From an uncultured Pedobacter sp. (GTDB lineage: Bacteria; Bacteroidota; Bacteroidia; Sphingobacteriales; Sphingobacteriaceae), in the NCBI GenBank assembly GCA_965650335.1, contig CBFGOI010000003.1, positions 28,152 to 92,151 on the forward strand: a stretch of 64,000 nt of DNA. The letters run 5' to 3'. The notes below the pieces were generated by a model. The model worked only from the letters and a program-made list of their open reading frames with translations. It was not told the DNA's origin and did no database searches. This document shows positions 1 to 8,992 of the stretch, piece by piece (position 1 is the first letter of the stretch; each line of letters opens with the position of its first letter). The position numbers and the translations under genes were made by a program.

Positions 1-519
1 TGCGTAAACCTTAAAAAAGTATCGGTGAGTGCCGGAGGGAGGGCAGGGGCCACCATAATTTTTCCTTTCAAAATCATTTACCCCTTCTATGCCATGGATG
101 CTATTCTCTTTTATATGATGCGTCAACGGGATGTTCCACACAAGCCAGTGCGCCCAGGTAGCTATCGGAGCATCCGGGTCGTCAACGATCAATGCCAGGC
201 ATTTGGCTTCATTCGGAATGTGTTCAACTTCTAGCGGTGGACTTATATTTTTGCCGTCGCACGTAAACTTTGATGGAATCGGTTGATTGTTTTCAAAAGC
301 AGGGCTGGTAATCTTGAGCTCTTTATAATATACTGTTTCGCTGGTGTCTAATTGATCGGGCCAATTCTGTTCATGTTCTCCCGGAGAAAAAAGTGAATCA
401 ACGCCTTCAACGAAATCCGGATTCTCATGATGAATAATCGGTTCATCTGCATCCATAGGCATTTTAGCTTCCGAATTAGTTTTCGGAGCCGTCGCGTTTG
501 GTTTTGCTACCTTTCTCAT
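1..519 (-). CDS. YbhB/YbcL family Raf kinase inhibitor-like (PEBP) protein; 3' end runs off the window
   Basis: Not in the ORF track. Manual minus-strand translation from ATG at 519 is open to position 1: MRKVAKP...ELKITSPAFENNQPIPSKFTCDGKNISPPLEV...LALIVDDPDAPIATWAHWLVWNIP...GVNDFERKNYGGPCPPSGTHRYFFKVYA. The DPDAP, HW and YGGPCPP-GTHRYFF motifs are diagnostic. Lies 26 nt downstream of the esterase stop. Confidence 0.92.
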   Translation of the reverse strand, partial: MRKVAKPNATAPKTNSEAKMPMDADEPIIHHENPDFVEGVDSLFSPGEHEQNWPDQLDTSETVYYKELKITSPAFENNQPIPSKFTCDGKNISPPLEVEHIPNEAKCLALIVDDPDAPIATWAHWLVWNIPLTHHIKENSIHGIEGVNDFERKNYGGPCPPSGTHRYFFKVYA

Positions 520-545
520 AATCTTAGTATTAAATTCTTGTCTTG

Positions 546-1880
546 CTATTCCCCAAATGGGTATGTTTCAGGTATTTGGTGTCCGTCGGGTTTGAGATGC
601 AGCGGATGCAAAGCACTGGTCTCATCCAGATAGATAAACGCATCGTAACGCAACGGCAAAATGCTGGGCACATAATTACCATATTCATGTTTCGGATCAT
701 AAACCACCCCAATGGCCCTGTGTCCTAAATGATTTTCCATCAGAATGTCATGGTCCGCAAAATCATCCATCATCAATAACTTATTTTCCGCACCTGCTGT
801 ATGCAATAAATATTCCCAGCTTCCTTTTTTTGCTTCTGGTACTTCCATTTTCTGCATTGGTGCTCCCCAATTTACACCTGCCATAACAGATCCTTTGTAC
901 GAGCCGAAGCCTACTAATACCACGCCTTTATCAGGATGCTGGGTTCTCGACAGCTCACCAATGTTAAACATACCATCATGAACCATGTCCGTTGCCCGGG
1001 CATCGCCGATGTGCGTGTTATGTTCCCATACAATTGCTTTAGAATTTTCGCCGTGATATGCCAAAAGTCTGTTGAGCGTTTCAGCCATATGCCTGTCCCG
1101 AACATTCCAGCTATGTGGGCCGCCCTGCACCATTGCTCTGTAATACTTCTCGGCATGCACCGTAACCAGAGCATTTTGTTCGGCACTAAATACATTTTCA
1201 TAATCGGAGTCGTAATGCGGCGACTTTTGCTGTATTTCTTTGAGCAGTTTCACTACCTCGTTCTGGCATAACTGAGGTACCAGCATTGATGCTCTGGCAT
1301 ATGCCTGGCCCTCATCGCTGCGATACGGCTCAAAACACCTGAAGGCATCTTCGGCAACTTGCAATGCTGCGGGATCGGTGTTTTTAAGATACTGCATAAT
1401 ACTCTCCATGCTTTCCCAGAGACTGTATACATCGAGACCATAAAATCCAGCTTTTTTATTCGAAGGTAAATCCGAATTGTGTCTTTGCAGCCACTCCGCC
1501 AGTGCCGCTACTTCCCAGTTTGCCCACATCCATGTTGGCCAGCGGTTAAATTCGTGCAATACTTTTAAGGCTGTTTTGTGCTCCTGATCGTATCCTTTTA
1601 CAAACCGGTTTAAGCGGTAGCAATCCGGCCAGTCGCCCTCAACGGCAATAAAATTGAATCCTTTTTCTTCTATCAGCTTTCGCGAAATATGAGTTCTCCA
1701 GGTATAATATTCATTCGTTCCGTGGCTGGCTTCACCCAGCATCACCACTCTCGAATCTCCGATTCGATCAAATAATGGCTGCAAATCAGCCCTGCTATTA
1801 AGCGGATAACTCCATTGTTTAATGGCAGATATAGCAGCAGATTCATCTACTGGTACTTCTTGTGTAAAATGACGTCTCAT
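546..1880 (-). CDS. Erythromycin esterase (EreA/EreB) family protein, substrate unknown
   Basis: 444 aa with motifs VVMLGEASHGTNEYY, FIAVEGDWPD, FYGLDVYS, SWNVRDRHM, WEHNTHIGDARAT and HRAIGVVY. Confidence 0.88.
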   Translation of the reverse strand: MRRHFTQEVPVDESAAISAIKQWSYPLNSRADLQPLFDRIGDSRVVMLGEASHGTNEYYTWRTHISRKLIEEKGFNFIAVEGDWPDCYRLNRFVKGYDQEHKTALKVLHEFNRWPTWMWANWEVAALAEWLQRHNSDLPSNKKAGFYGLDVYSLWESMESIMQYLKNTDPAALQVAEDAFRCFEPYRSDEGQAYARASMLVPQLCQNEVVKLLKEIQQKSPHYDSDYENVFSAEQNALVTVHAEKYYRAMVQGGPHSWNVRDRHMAETLNRLLAYHGENSKAIVWEHNTHIGDARATDMVHDGMFNIGELSRTQHPDKGVVLVGFGSYKGSVMAGVNWGAPMQKMEVPEAKKGSWEYLLHTAGAENKLLMMDDFADHDILMENHLGHRAIGVVYDPKHEYGNYVPSILPLRYDAFIYLDETSALHPLHLKPDGHQIPETYPFGE

Positions 1881-2026
1881 AATAATAAATCTCTGTCTAT
1901 TGTCTGGATTTTTATCTCTTGAACAGCGTATTATGCAAAGGCTTTTCTTTGTAAAGATGTCTTTTAGATAATTTGTTTTTTCGATATAATTTATTCAAAA
2001 CAACCTCATTTTATGCGCTTTAAGCA

Positions 2027-2060
2027 TGATGATTGTCAGACTCTAGTCTGATGATTATCA
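2027..2060. promoter_or_regulatory. Two tandem Crp/Fnr-like boxes (TGAT-N4-GTCA and TGAT-N4-ATCA) in a divergent promoter region
   Basis: tgatgattgtca at 2027-2038 and tgatgattatca at 2049-2060, 22 bp apart. Resembles the FNR core TTGAT-N4-ATCAA. Confidence 0.4.
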
Positions 2061-2112
2061 TGGAGATAGAATTGAAAGCGGACTAGATTTGAATTATAAA
2101 AAGGAAAAAACC

Positions 2113-2634
2113 ATGGAAAATAACACGCCTATCAGCACACTTCATAATCTGATAGATTATGATATCAGCAGGTTTATGAGTGCAGAAGTTCAGCTGAAAA
2201 ACAGCCTGGCAGAATGGATAAACAGGGCAAATTCGCTGCAGCTGAAAAATGTGTTGCAGAGATATTTAACTTTTGTACAGCAGCATATTGAAAAGTTGGA
2301 AGATTTTTTTGAACAGGAAAAAATAGGCTCTCTAAGTCTTAACAATCGCGTGATGCAGGCTTATATCTCCGAGACCAATGAGGCCTTAGAAAATTGCACA
2401 CATTTGGAAGTGAAAGATGCCTGCTTGCTTTCATCCGTGCAGGCTATCAATCATTTTAAAATAAGTACATATGGAACTGCCGCAGCATTTGCAAATGCAC
2501 TCGGAATGGACAAATCTGCGACTGTTTTTCATGAAGCAGAAATTAACGAAAAACATATAGACGATCGGTTGTCTCAGTTGGCCGAGCATGAGGTAAATAT
2601 TAAGGCTAAAACTCCTATTGTTTTACCCGAATAA
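2113..2634 (+). CDS. DUF892 / YciF-like ferritin-like protein
   Basis: ATG at 2113 is preferred over TTG at 2089. All-helical pattern with SAEVQL, QQHIEKL, VQAINHFKISTYGTA and EKHIDDRLSQLAE matching the YciE/YciF layout. Confidence 0.8.
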   Translation: MENNTPISTLHNLIDYDISRFMSAEVQLKNSLAEWINRANSLQLKNVLQRYLTFVQQHIEKLEDFFEQEKIGSLSLNNRVMQAYISETNEALENCTHLEVKDACLLSSVQAINHFKISTYGTAAAFANALGMDKSATVFHEAEINEKHIDDRLSQLAEHEVNIKAKTPIVLPE

Positions 2635-2644
2635 ACCAGAGATC

Positions 2645-3304
2645 ATGGAAATGCAAATTGCTAAAGAGGTCTCAATCCCGGTTAATAATATAACCTTAAA
2701 AGGTGATTTGGTTGTGCCTCAAAATGCTACAGCTATTGTAGTTTTTTCGCATGGCAGTGGAAGCAGCCGGTTTAGCACCCGTAACCAGATGGTGGCCGAA
2801 TACCTGCGGGAGAGAAATTTCGGAACGCTTTTATTCGACTTGCTCACAACTCAGGAAGATGCGGATTACGATAACAGGTTTAACATCGATCTGCTGAGCA
2901 GCAGGTTAATAAGTGCAACCGAATGGCTTAGAGCTAATTCGGCTACAAAAGATCTGAACGTCGGGTATTTTGGCGCCAGTACGGGTGCTGCATCAGCCTT
3001 ACAGGCCGCTGCTAATTTAAAATGGGTTGGCGCTGTTGTTTCGAGAGGTGGGCGCCCGGATCTGGCCATGCGGTTCGTAGAACGGGTCGAAGCTCCAACT
3101 TTGTTGATTGTCGGAGGTTTCGATACCGTGGTTCTGGAGTTAAATCAGAAAGTATTACAAAGATTACACTGCCCTAAAGAGCTGGTAGTAGTTGAAGGGG
3201 CAACTCATTTATTTGAGGAGCCCGGAAAATTGAATAAGGTTGCTGAACTGGCTGCTGAATGGTTTGAAAAATACTTAAGCCCAGTGGCTGCGATTAAGAG
3301 TTGA
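2645..3304 (+). CDS. Dienelactone-hydrolase-like alpha/beta hydrolase
   Basis: VVFSHGSGSSRFS, nucleophile elbow GYFGASTGA, VSRGGRPDLA, LLIVGGFD and GATHLFEEPG give a Ser-Asp-His triad pattern. ATG at 2645 is preferred over TTG at 2618. Confidence 0.85.
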   Translation: MEMQIAKEVSIPVNNITLKGDLVVPQNATAIVVFSHGSGSSRFSTRNQMVAEYLRERNFGTLLFDLLTTQEDADYDNRFNIDLLSSRLISATEWLRANSATKDLNVGYFGASTGAASALQAAANLKWVGAVVSRGGRPDLAMRFVERVEAPTLLIVGGFDTVVLELNQKVLQRLHCPKELVVVEGATHLFEEPGKLNKVAELAAEWFEKYLSPVAAIKS

Positions 3305-3327
3305 TACGGCCGAGAAAAAAGAATGTT

Positions 3328-3960
3328 ATGTTTAGAGATAGAATAGATGCCGGGTTATTCCTGGCAGAAAGGCTCAAAAAGTTTAAAGGCGATCCTGGTG
3401 TGGTTTTGGCGGTTCCAAGGGGAGGCGTGCCTGTGGCGTATTCTGTAGCCCGCGAATTAAATTTTCCGCTCGACTTGATCCTGACAAAGAAAATCGGACA
3501 TCCCAGGAATGAAGAATATGCAATAGGTGCTGCAAGTCTCAGCGATTATTTTGTAATTCCTCATGCCAATGTTTCCGACGAATATATTCTTCAGGAAGTG
3601 GAACGAATTCGGACCCGTTTAAAGGAGATGTATAAAAAATTTATGGGAGATAGAGAGCCCGAGAATCTTAAAGGGAAAACCGTAATTGTAGTGGATGATG
3701 GTATTGCCACTGGTAATACAATTTTGGCAACGGTAAATGTGCTGCGGAAGAGTGAACCCGCTAAAATTGTAATTGCGGCTCCGGTAGCGTCTAAAACCGC
3801 TGTTCAGAAACTGTCTAAAGAAGTGGATGAAGTAATTGCTGTAATGATACCGCATGAATTTTATGGCGTAGGTGCATTCTATCATAATTTTACGCAGGTC
3901 GGGGACGAGAAGGTGTTGTTTTACCTGAATAAACTTAGAGAGTCGGGAAAGGTGGTTTAA
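3328..3960 (+). CDS. Type I phosphoribosyltransferase family protein
   Basis: MFRDRIDAG start, LAVPRGGVPVA, and PRPP-binding loop VIVVDDGIATGNT. Confidence 0.9.
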   Translation: MFRDRIDAGLFLAERLKKFKGDPGVVLAVPRGGVPVAYSVARELNFPLDLILTKKIGHPRNEEYAIGAASLSDYFVIPHANVSDEYILQEVERIRTRLKEMYKKFMGDREPENLKGKTVIVVDDGIATGNTILATVNVLRKSEPAKIVIAAPVASKTAVQKLSKEVDEVIAVMIPHEFYGVGAFYHNFTQVGDEKVLFYLNKLRESGKVV

Positions 3961-4023
3961 ATCTTGAATTCTTAAGACTTCCTTTGGGATTTCGAAAATC
4001 CTTTATAACGTGCATAAAATGAT

Positions 4024-4698
4024 ATGAAAACTGATTTACAGATCCAAAAGGATGTAATGGAAGAGCTTAATTGGGAGCCGTCTTTAAATGCTTCGGAAAT
4101 TGGAGTGGCTGTGAAAAATAGTGTGGTAACTCTTTCAGGGAAAGTAGATACTTTTTCTAAAAAGCTCACGGCCGAGAAAGCTGCTAAAAGAGTGGCCGGC
4201 GTAAAAGCCGTTGCAGAGGAAATACAGGTAGGAATACCAATGGGCTTTACTAAAACTGATGCAGAAATTGCAGAAGCAGTCCTTGTCGCTTTACAATGGC
4301 ACACCTCAGTTCAAGAAGAAAAAGTTAAAATTAAGGTTGAAGAAGGAAATGTAACACTTGAAGGAGAGGTAGAATGGGAATATCAGCGGGCATCTGCTAA
4401 GACGGCTATTGAGCAGTTGGCCGGCATTCGCTCTATCACTAATTTAATTATTGTTAAGCCACAAATTACCGCACTAGATATCAGACAAAAAATTAGTTCT
4501 GCATTTCATCGCAGCGCTAATATTGATGCGGGTAGAATTGATGTTAGTGTAAACGATACCAAGGTGGTACTGTCTGGTAAAGTTCGTTCTCTGGCAGAAA
4601 AAGAAGATGCAGAAACTGCAGCTTGGGCAGCGCCGGGAATAACAAGTGTGGAAAATAATCTCGAAGTTGTGGTTAAAGATTATATTTTGGCTAAGTAA
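4024..4698 (+). CDS. BON domain protein (three BON repeats)
   Basis: 224 aa with three roughly 68-aa repeats carrying VTLSGKV, VTLEGEV and VVLSGKV, each followed by an A-x-x-x-x-GV/GI-x-x-V/I-x-N segment. Confidence 0.88.
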   Translation: MKTDLQIQKDVMEELNWEPSLNASEIGVAVKNSVVTLSGKVDTFSKKLTAEKAAKRVAGVKAVAEEIQVGIPMGFTKTDAEIAEAVLVALQWHTSVQEEKVKIKVEEGNVTLEGEVEWEYQRASAKTAIEQLAGIRSITNLIIVKPQITALDIRQKISSAFHRSANIDAGRIDVSVNDTKVVLSGKVRSLAEKEDAETAAWAAPGITSVENNLEVVVKDYILAK

Positions 4699-4721
4699 AT
4701 CGTCGCTCTGATTTGGTGATC

Positions 4722-4958
4722 TTAGAGTTTCTCGTTCAAAATATCATGAACTTCTTTGATATCTAATTGAAGTAATAAAGATCCGAAAAAGACTGCTGCT
4801 TTATCCTGCGCCTGAAAATGCTGCAAAACAGCTCTTCTGATTTTATTGTGATCCAGCTTTCCCTCTTCATAGGTTCGCTTAATATAAGCCAGAAAGGTAT
4901 TTGTACAATTGTTTTTGTGTTCTTCCAGATATCCTGAAACAGTATTCTTAAGATCCAT
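4722..4958 (-). CDS. Hypothetical protein, 78 aa
   Basis: ATG-started ORF with helical, protein-like composition, convergent with the BON gene. No recognised family. Confidence 0.5.
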   Translation of the reverse strand: MDLKNTVSGYLEEHKNNCTNTFLAYIKRTYEEGKLDHNKIRRAVLQHFQAQDKAAVFFGSLLLQLDIKEVHDILNEKL

Positions 4959-5348
4959 CCTTGTATTCTATATCCTAAAATTTATAATGATGTATAAATT
5001 GAAACTGCTAAAACCACTAGAGTTAGAATGACATACATTAAAATATCGAACTTCCTGTTCTGTTCAGTGCTGAACTTGTGTTTGTGCGGCGATGGGGTAT
5101 AGGTTTTTAGGATCATAGGGAGATATTTTTGTTTTCATGATGCAATACTCGGGCCAAAATCAACAGTTTACGACCGGGATAATTTTTTTTCATACTAGGA
5201 GAGAAAAAAATCGATAGAATTAATCACTTGAAAACTAGCTGGATAATATTTAGGGCAACGGTGTATGGGTTTAAAATCAGTGTTTTAAATTCAGAACAGT
5301 CATCTGCACTAAGCCGGCGACAAGTAAAGCTCCCTAACGATGCATTGA

Positions 5349-5930
5349 TTAAAAGTAGATATCGACGTAATCCGTCAGCATTCCGCCTTCACAATTTATC
5401 ATATCTTGTAAACGCCAGTATTTTCTGTTTTTCGTGGTTTTAAATAACTGTTTGCCTGTTTTAATACAAGGTTCGCCGCGGTTATTGCTTTCAATTACCG
5501 ATTTGATTTCTCCCTGAAATAATAGTTCGGATTCTGAGACCTGCTTTATAAGGCCGTCAATACTTATATAGTCTGCATTTTTGCTGCTTTTCTGTCCTCC
5601 TTTAATTGAATACCAGCCGTTTTCGGCAATTTGAATGTTAACACTTCCTGGTTCGTTCCAGCTGATCCATTGCAAGGTGAAATCGTGTTTCCCAACTCTT
5701 AAGGCTTTATCTTTCGGGGACGTCGATAGTTTAATTGTTGTTGCGGCTTTTGCGTCAGTATCAGTTTTTCCAGAATCAGCAACGCCAATAAGCTTTTTCA
5801 AGCTGTCTATCTCTTGCCTTAGAACTCTGTTTTCCTTTTTCAATTCTATTACCTGATTTGAAGAGTTCTTACATCCCGAAAGGATACCTATCAATAAAAT
5901 CAGCAGATGAAATCTAATAAGTGCATGCAT
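5349..5930 (-). CDS. Hypothetical lipoprotein
   Basis: MHALIRFHLLILLIGILSG-C lipobox (ATG at 5930 preferred, 5951 possible). Coiled-coil segment ELKKENRVLRQEIDSLKKL, then a globular C-terminus ending RKYWRLQDMINCEGGMLTDYVDIYF. Confidence 0.7.
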   Translation of the reverse strand: MHALIRFHLLILLIGILSGCKNSSNQVIELKKENRVLRQEIDSLKKLIGVADSGKTDTDAKAATTIKLSTSPKDKALRVGKHDFTLQWISWNEPGSVNIQIAENGWYSIKGGQKSSKNADYISIDGLIKQVSESELLFQGEIKSVIESNNRGEPCIKTGKQLFKTTKNRKYWRLQDMINCEGGMLTDYVDIYF

Positions 5931-6093
5931 AGGTATATAATATTCATTCACGAAATAAGTTTGGCTCGGACTTGATACACCGGTTTGTCTTCTAGTACGA
6001 TACGAAACCCTAAAAGTATAATCAGGATACTACAAGAGAGAGGAGTAATAAGTTGTTATACCTATTTTTAGTAAAAATGGCGAGAACAGATAT

Positions 6094-7851
6094 TTATGAA
6101 GCTACAGGTAGCGAGAAGCAAAACCGGCTTCCCTCGCCAATTGCGCTTTCTACCCATATTCTCCCGCTTTGGGCTTCTATAAAATCTTTTGAAATAGCCA
6201 AGCCTAATCCCGTTCCAGACTTATTTTTCCCGTCTGTTGGTACTTGAAAATACTTGTCAAACAACCTTTTTTGATATTGCTCTTCAATTCCTTTTCCAAA
6301 ATCTTTCACAGAAAACTCTATCATGGTCCCGCTTGGCTTGATTTGTATAGTCACCTTTCCTTTTTCAGAACTATATCTCATTGCATTTGACAGGAAATTT
6401 ATGAGCACCCAAGTAGTTTTTTCTATGTCAGCAGTTACTTTAGGCAGATTAGGTACACTAAAACACTCAATCTGGATTTGTTTTTGATCTGCTTGAAATT
6501 TTACAGCATTTATGGCATAATCTACTATTTTATCCGGGTCTGCAGCCATAAAGCTCAGCTGGATGTTCCCTGTTTCTACCTGTGACAGATCAAGAAGTTC
6601 GCTTGTGATTTTTAATAGTCGTTGTGTATCATCCTCAATATGTTCTACCAGTTCTTTCTGCTCATGATTCAGCTCACCAACTCGTTCGTCTTTAAGGAGC
6701 TTGATGCTCATTTTAATTGATGATATAGGTGTTTTTAATTCATGAGATACTGTAGCTATAAAATTAGTTTTGGCTTCATCCAGTTCTTTAAACTGCGTGA
6801 TGTTTTTAAGGATGTAAACTTTCCCTGCAGAGTTTCCCGATTTAATTACTGCATTATCCGTATTTGATTCCTCTAGATTGGGAATCAGTATTTCTCTGCT
6901 TTCTAACTGAAAATATGATTCTTTGCCGTTCGCATATATCGTTAGTGGTTTTCTAGCATTTTGAAGCTCAAGGATACTCTTTAATAGATTATTCCTTTGA
7001 GAAAGCTCTAATGCATTTAACCCAACTATATTATTCTCATCCAGGTTTAGCACCTGTTCCGCGATTGGGTTTACAAAAAGAATCTCATTATTTTCATTAA
7101 GACCGATTATGGCATCCTCCATTTGCTCGATAATGGCTTCAATTCGTAGTTTTTCGGATTTTAATGTAGCCAGATTAGTGCTCTCCCATTCATCCAGGCG
7201 CGTAGCCATTTCGTTAAATGCTTTGGCTATATCAGAAAATTCATCATTTCCTTCAAAATACAGATGTTGCTTATAATTTTTATGGGTAATTTCTTTTATC
7301 CCGGCTTTTAACTCATTCAATGGATTGGCAATAAACCCCGGAAAGTTTACAATGAAACTGAATAAGACAAGAAAGCTAAAGGCTGCTGCAAAGCTCATAT
7401 ACATCGTTGCTTTCTTAACCGATTTTTGAGCGGCTGCATTTTTTCGTACGATTGCATCAATATTAAGTTTTTCAATAAAATTTAAATTCATGCGTATATG
7501 CTTCAATGCCTGTTCTTTTTGGATAAGAGGGCTCGCAGGAGAAATTAACAGTGTAAAAGCATCTTTTAATCGCAATACCGCTTCTCTTTCACCAGCTTCT
7601 GTGATGTTATTTTCTTCCAGTTGAAGATGATTATTAAAAGTGTTAGATGCTTCACTGGAGAGAGGGAGACTGTTATTATCCAAGATATCTCTCATCGCCC
7701 TGGTGAAATTCAGCGTCTCATAATTATCCTTAAGAATAACCCGGGCACTTAAGGAAATTTCATTTAGATAGAATAAAGAGACCGCGCCAAAAAAAAGAAC
7801 GATGGCGAATAAGAATCCGAAGCCCAGCCGGAGCTTTGTTTTTATTTTCAT
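6094..7851 (-). CDS. Membrane sensor histidine kinase (2 TM, HAMP, PAS, HisKA, HATPase); kinase partner of the split KdpD
   Basis: Two TM helices, HAMP (EGNDEFSDIAKAFNEM), PAS-like segment, H-box VSHELKTP, N-box NFLSNAMRY, G1 DFGKGI and G2 GTGLGLAIS. Overlaps the upstream gene by ATGA. Confidence 0.92.
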   Translation of the reverse strand: MKIKTKLRLGFGFLFAIVLFFGAVSLFYLNEISLSARVILKDNYETLNFTRAMRDILDNNSLPLSSEASNTFNNHLQLEENNITEAGEREAVLRLKDAFTLLISPASPLIQKEQALKHIRMNLNFIEKLNIDAIVRKNAAAQKSVKKATMYMSFAAAFSFLVLFSFIVNFPGFIANPLNELKAGIKEITHKNYKQHLYFEGNDEFSDIAKAFNEMATRLDEWESTNLATLKSEKLRIEAIIEQMEDAIIGLNENNEILFVNPIAEQVLNLDENNIVGLNALELSQRNNLLKSILELQNARKPLTIYANGKESYFQLESREILIPNLEESNTDNAVIKSGNSAGKVYILKNITQFKELDEAKTNFIATVSHELKTPISSIKMSIKLLKDERVGELNHEQKELVEHIEDDTQRLLKITSELLDLSQVETGNIQLSFMAADPDKIVDYAINAVKFQADQKQIQIECFSVPNLPKVTADIEKTTWVLINFLSNAMRYSSEKGKVTIQIKPSGTMIEFSVKDFGKGIEEQYQKRLFDKYFQVPTDGKNKSGTGLGLAISKDFIEAQSGRIWVESAIGEGSRFCFSLPVAS

Positions 7852-8975
7852 GATAATATTACTAAATCTGTTTCTGTAGCCGCTATTTTATGCAGCAGCT
7901 GATTAAAAATTGCAGTCCTTAGAATAACTTGAAATAAGTTCAAATGTGGCTTGCCAATGCAAATAGTAGTAATTTCTTTCTCAACCGCTACTTGCATAAT
8001 CGTTTTGGTGATATCGTCGTTTTTAATTTTTATTACTTCGGCTCCAAGTTCCGTAGCAAGTTTAAAATTATTGATCAAATGACGTTGTTTATCTAACTTA
8101 ATTCTGTCAAGACTTTCGCTACTACTTTGAACATATAATACAATCCATGGAGAACGATAATACGATGCTAGTCTTGCGGTCTTTCGAATCACGACTTTTG
8201 CCGTTTCGGAATTAGACGAGATACAAGCAAGGAACCGCTCTGGACGAAGTTTTACCTGTTTTGGTATCTCAATATCTATTTTTCTTTCTACCTGATGTGC
8301 TACTTCCTTTAGGGCCAGCTCACGTAATTGAAGAATTTTATCTGATTGGAAAAAGTTGTTTAACGCTTGCTGGACTTTACTTTTGTCGTAAATTTTACCC
8401 TCTTTAAGGCGGGTAACCAATTCATCGGCCGTTAAATCTATATTTACAATTTCGTCTGCCAGTTCTAGTATCTTATCGGGGATACGTTCGGTGATTGAAA
8501 CCCGGGTAATTTTTTCTGCTTCTTCATTAATGCTCTCCAAGTGCTGAATGTTTACAGCTGATATCACACTGATTCCAGCCTCTAGTATATCCCATACATC
8601 CTGCCAGCGTTTGCTATTTTTACTACCCTCTACATTGGTATGAGCTAGTTCGTCAATAATTACAACTTCGGGATGGCGACTGAGTATGCTCTGAACATCC
8701 ATCTCTTCCAGTTCTTTGCCTTTGTAAAATATTTTTCTTCTCGGGATTAAAGGAAGTCCTGACAAAAGGGAATGCGTTTCAGAACGGTTATGTGTTTCTA
8801 TATAGCCAATCTGAATATCAATACCGTTACGCAGTAACGTATGCGCTTCCTGTAACATACGATAGGTTTTACCAACCCCAGCGATCATGCCGATGTATAT
8901 TTTAAGTTTTCCGCGTCTGGATTTTTTTACCAGGCTCAAGAAATTCTTTACAGAATCGTTATTCGTTGCTTCCAT
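7848..8975 (-). CDS. kdpD: KdpD N-terminal sensor domain plus Usp domain (cytoplasmic, no kinase part)
   Basis: RGKLKIYIGMIAGVGKTYRML (Walker A-like), IDELAHTN, KRWQDV, NIQHLESIN, LRELAL, then a Usp-like domain (FLACISS...WIVLYVQ). Confidence 0.92.
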   Translation of the reverse strand: MEATNNDSVKNFLSLVKKSRRGKLKIYIGMIAGVGKTYRMLQEAHTLLRNGIDIQIGYIETHNRSETHSLLSGLPLIPRRKIFYKGKELEEMDVQSILSRHPEVVIIDELAHTNVEGSKNSKRWQDVWDILEAGISVISAVNIQHLESINEEAEKITRVSITERIPDKILELADEIVNIDLTADELVTRLKEGKIYDKSKVQQALNNFFQSDKILQLRELALKEVAHQVERKIDIEIPKQVKLRPERFLACISSNSETAKVVIRKTARLASYYRSPWIVLYVQSSSESLDRIKLDKQRHLINNFKLATELGAEVIKIKNDDITKTIMQVAVEKEITTICIGKPHLNLFQVILRTAIFNQLLHKIAATETDLVILS

Positions 8976-8992
8976 TTTATAGAAGTATATTA

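Noticed and set aside
25-1441. Short plus-strand ORFs (25..234, 427..633, 543..728, 745..981, 936..1271) and other-frame minus-strand ORFs in the track
   Set aside because: They are shadows of the PEBP and esterase genes with no motifs. The same applies to the many 60-140 aa antisense or alternate-frame ORFs overlapping kdp, cus, rha and sus genes throughout the window.
546-1880. Calling the esterase a macrolide resistance gene (ereA/ereB)
   Set aside because: Only family-level motifs are visible, and there is no integron or mobile context. The neighbourhood fits the non-resistance members of the family.
5228-5443. 71-aa plus-strand ORF
   Set aside because: TTG start, overlaps the 3' end of the lipoprotein gene on the opposite strand, and has no protein-like features.
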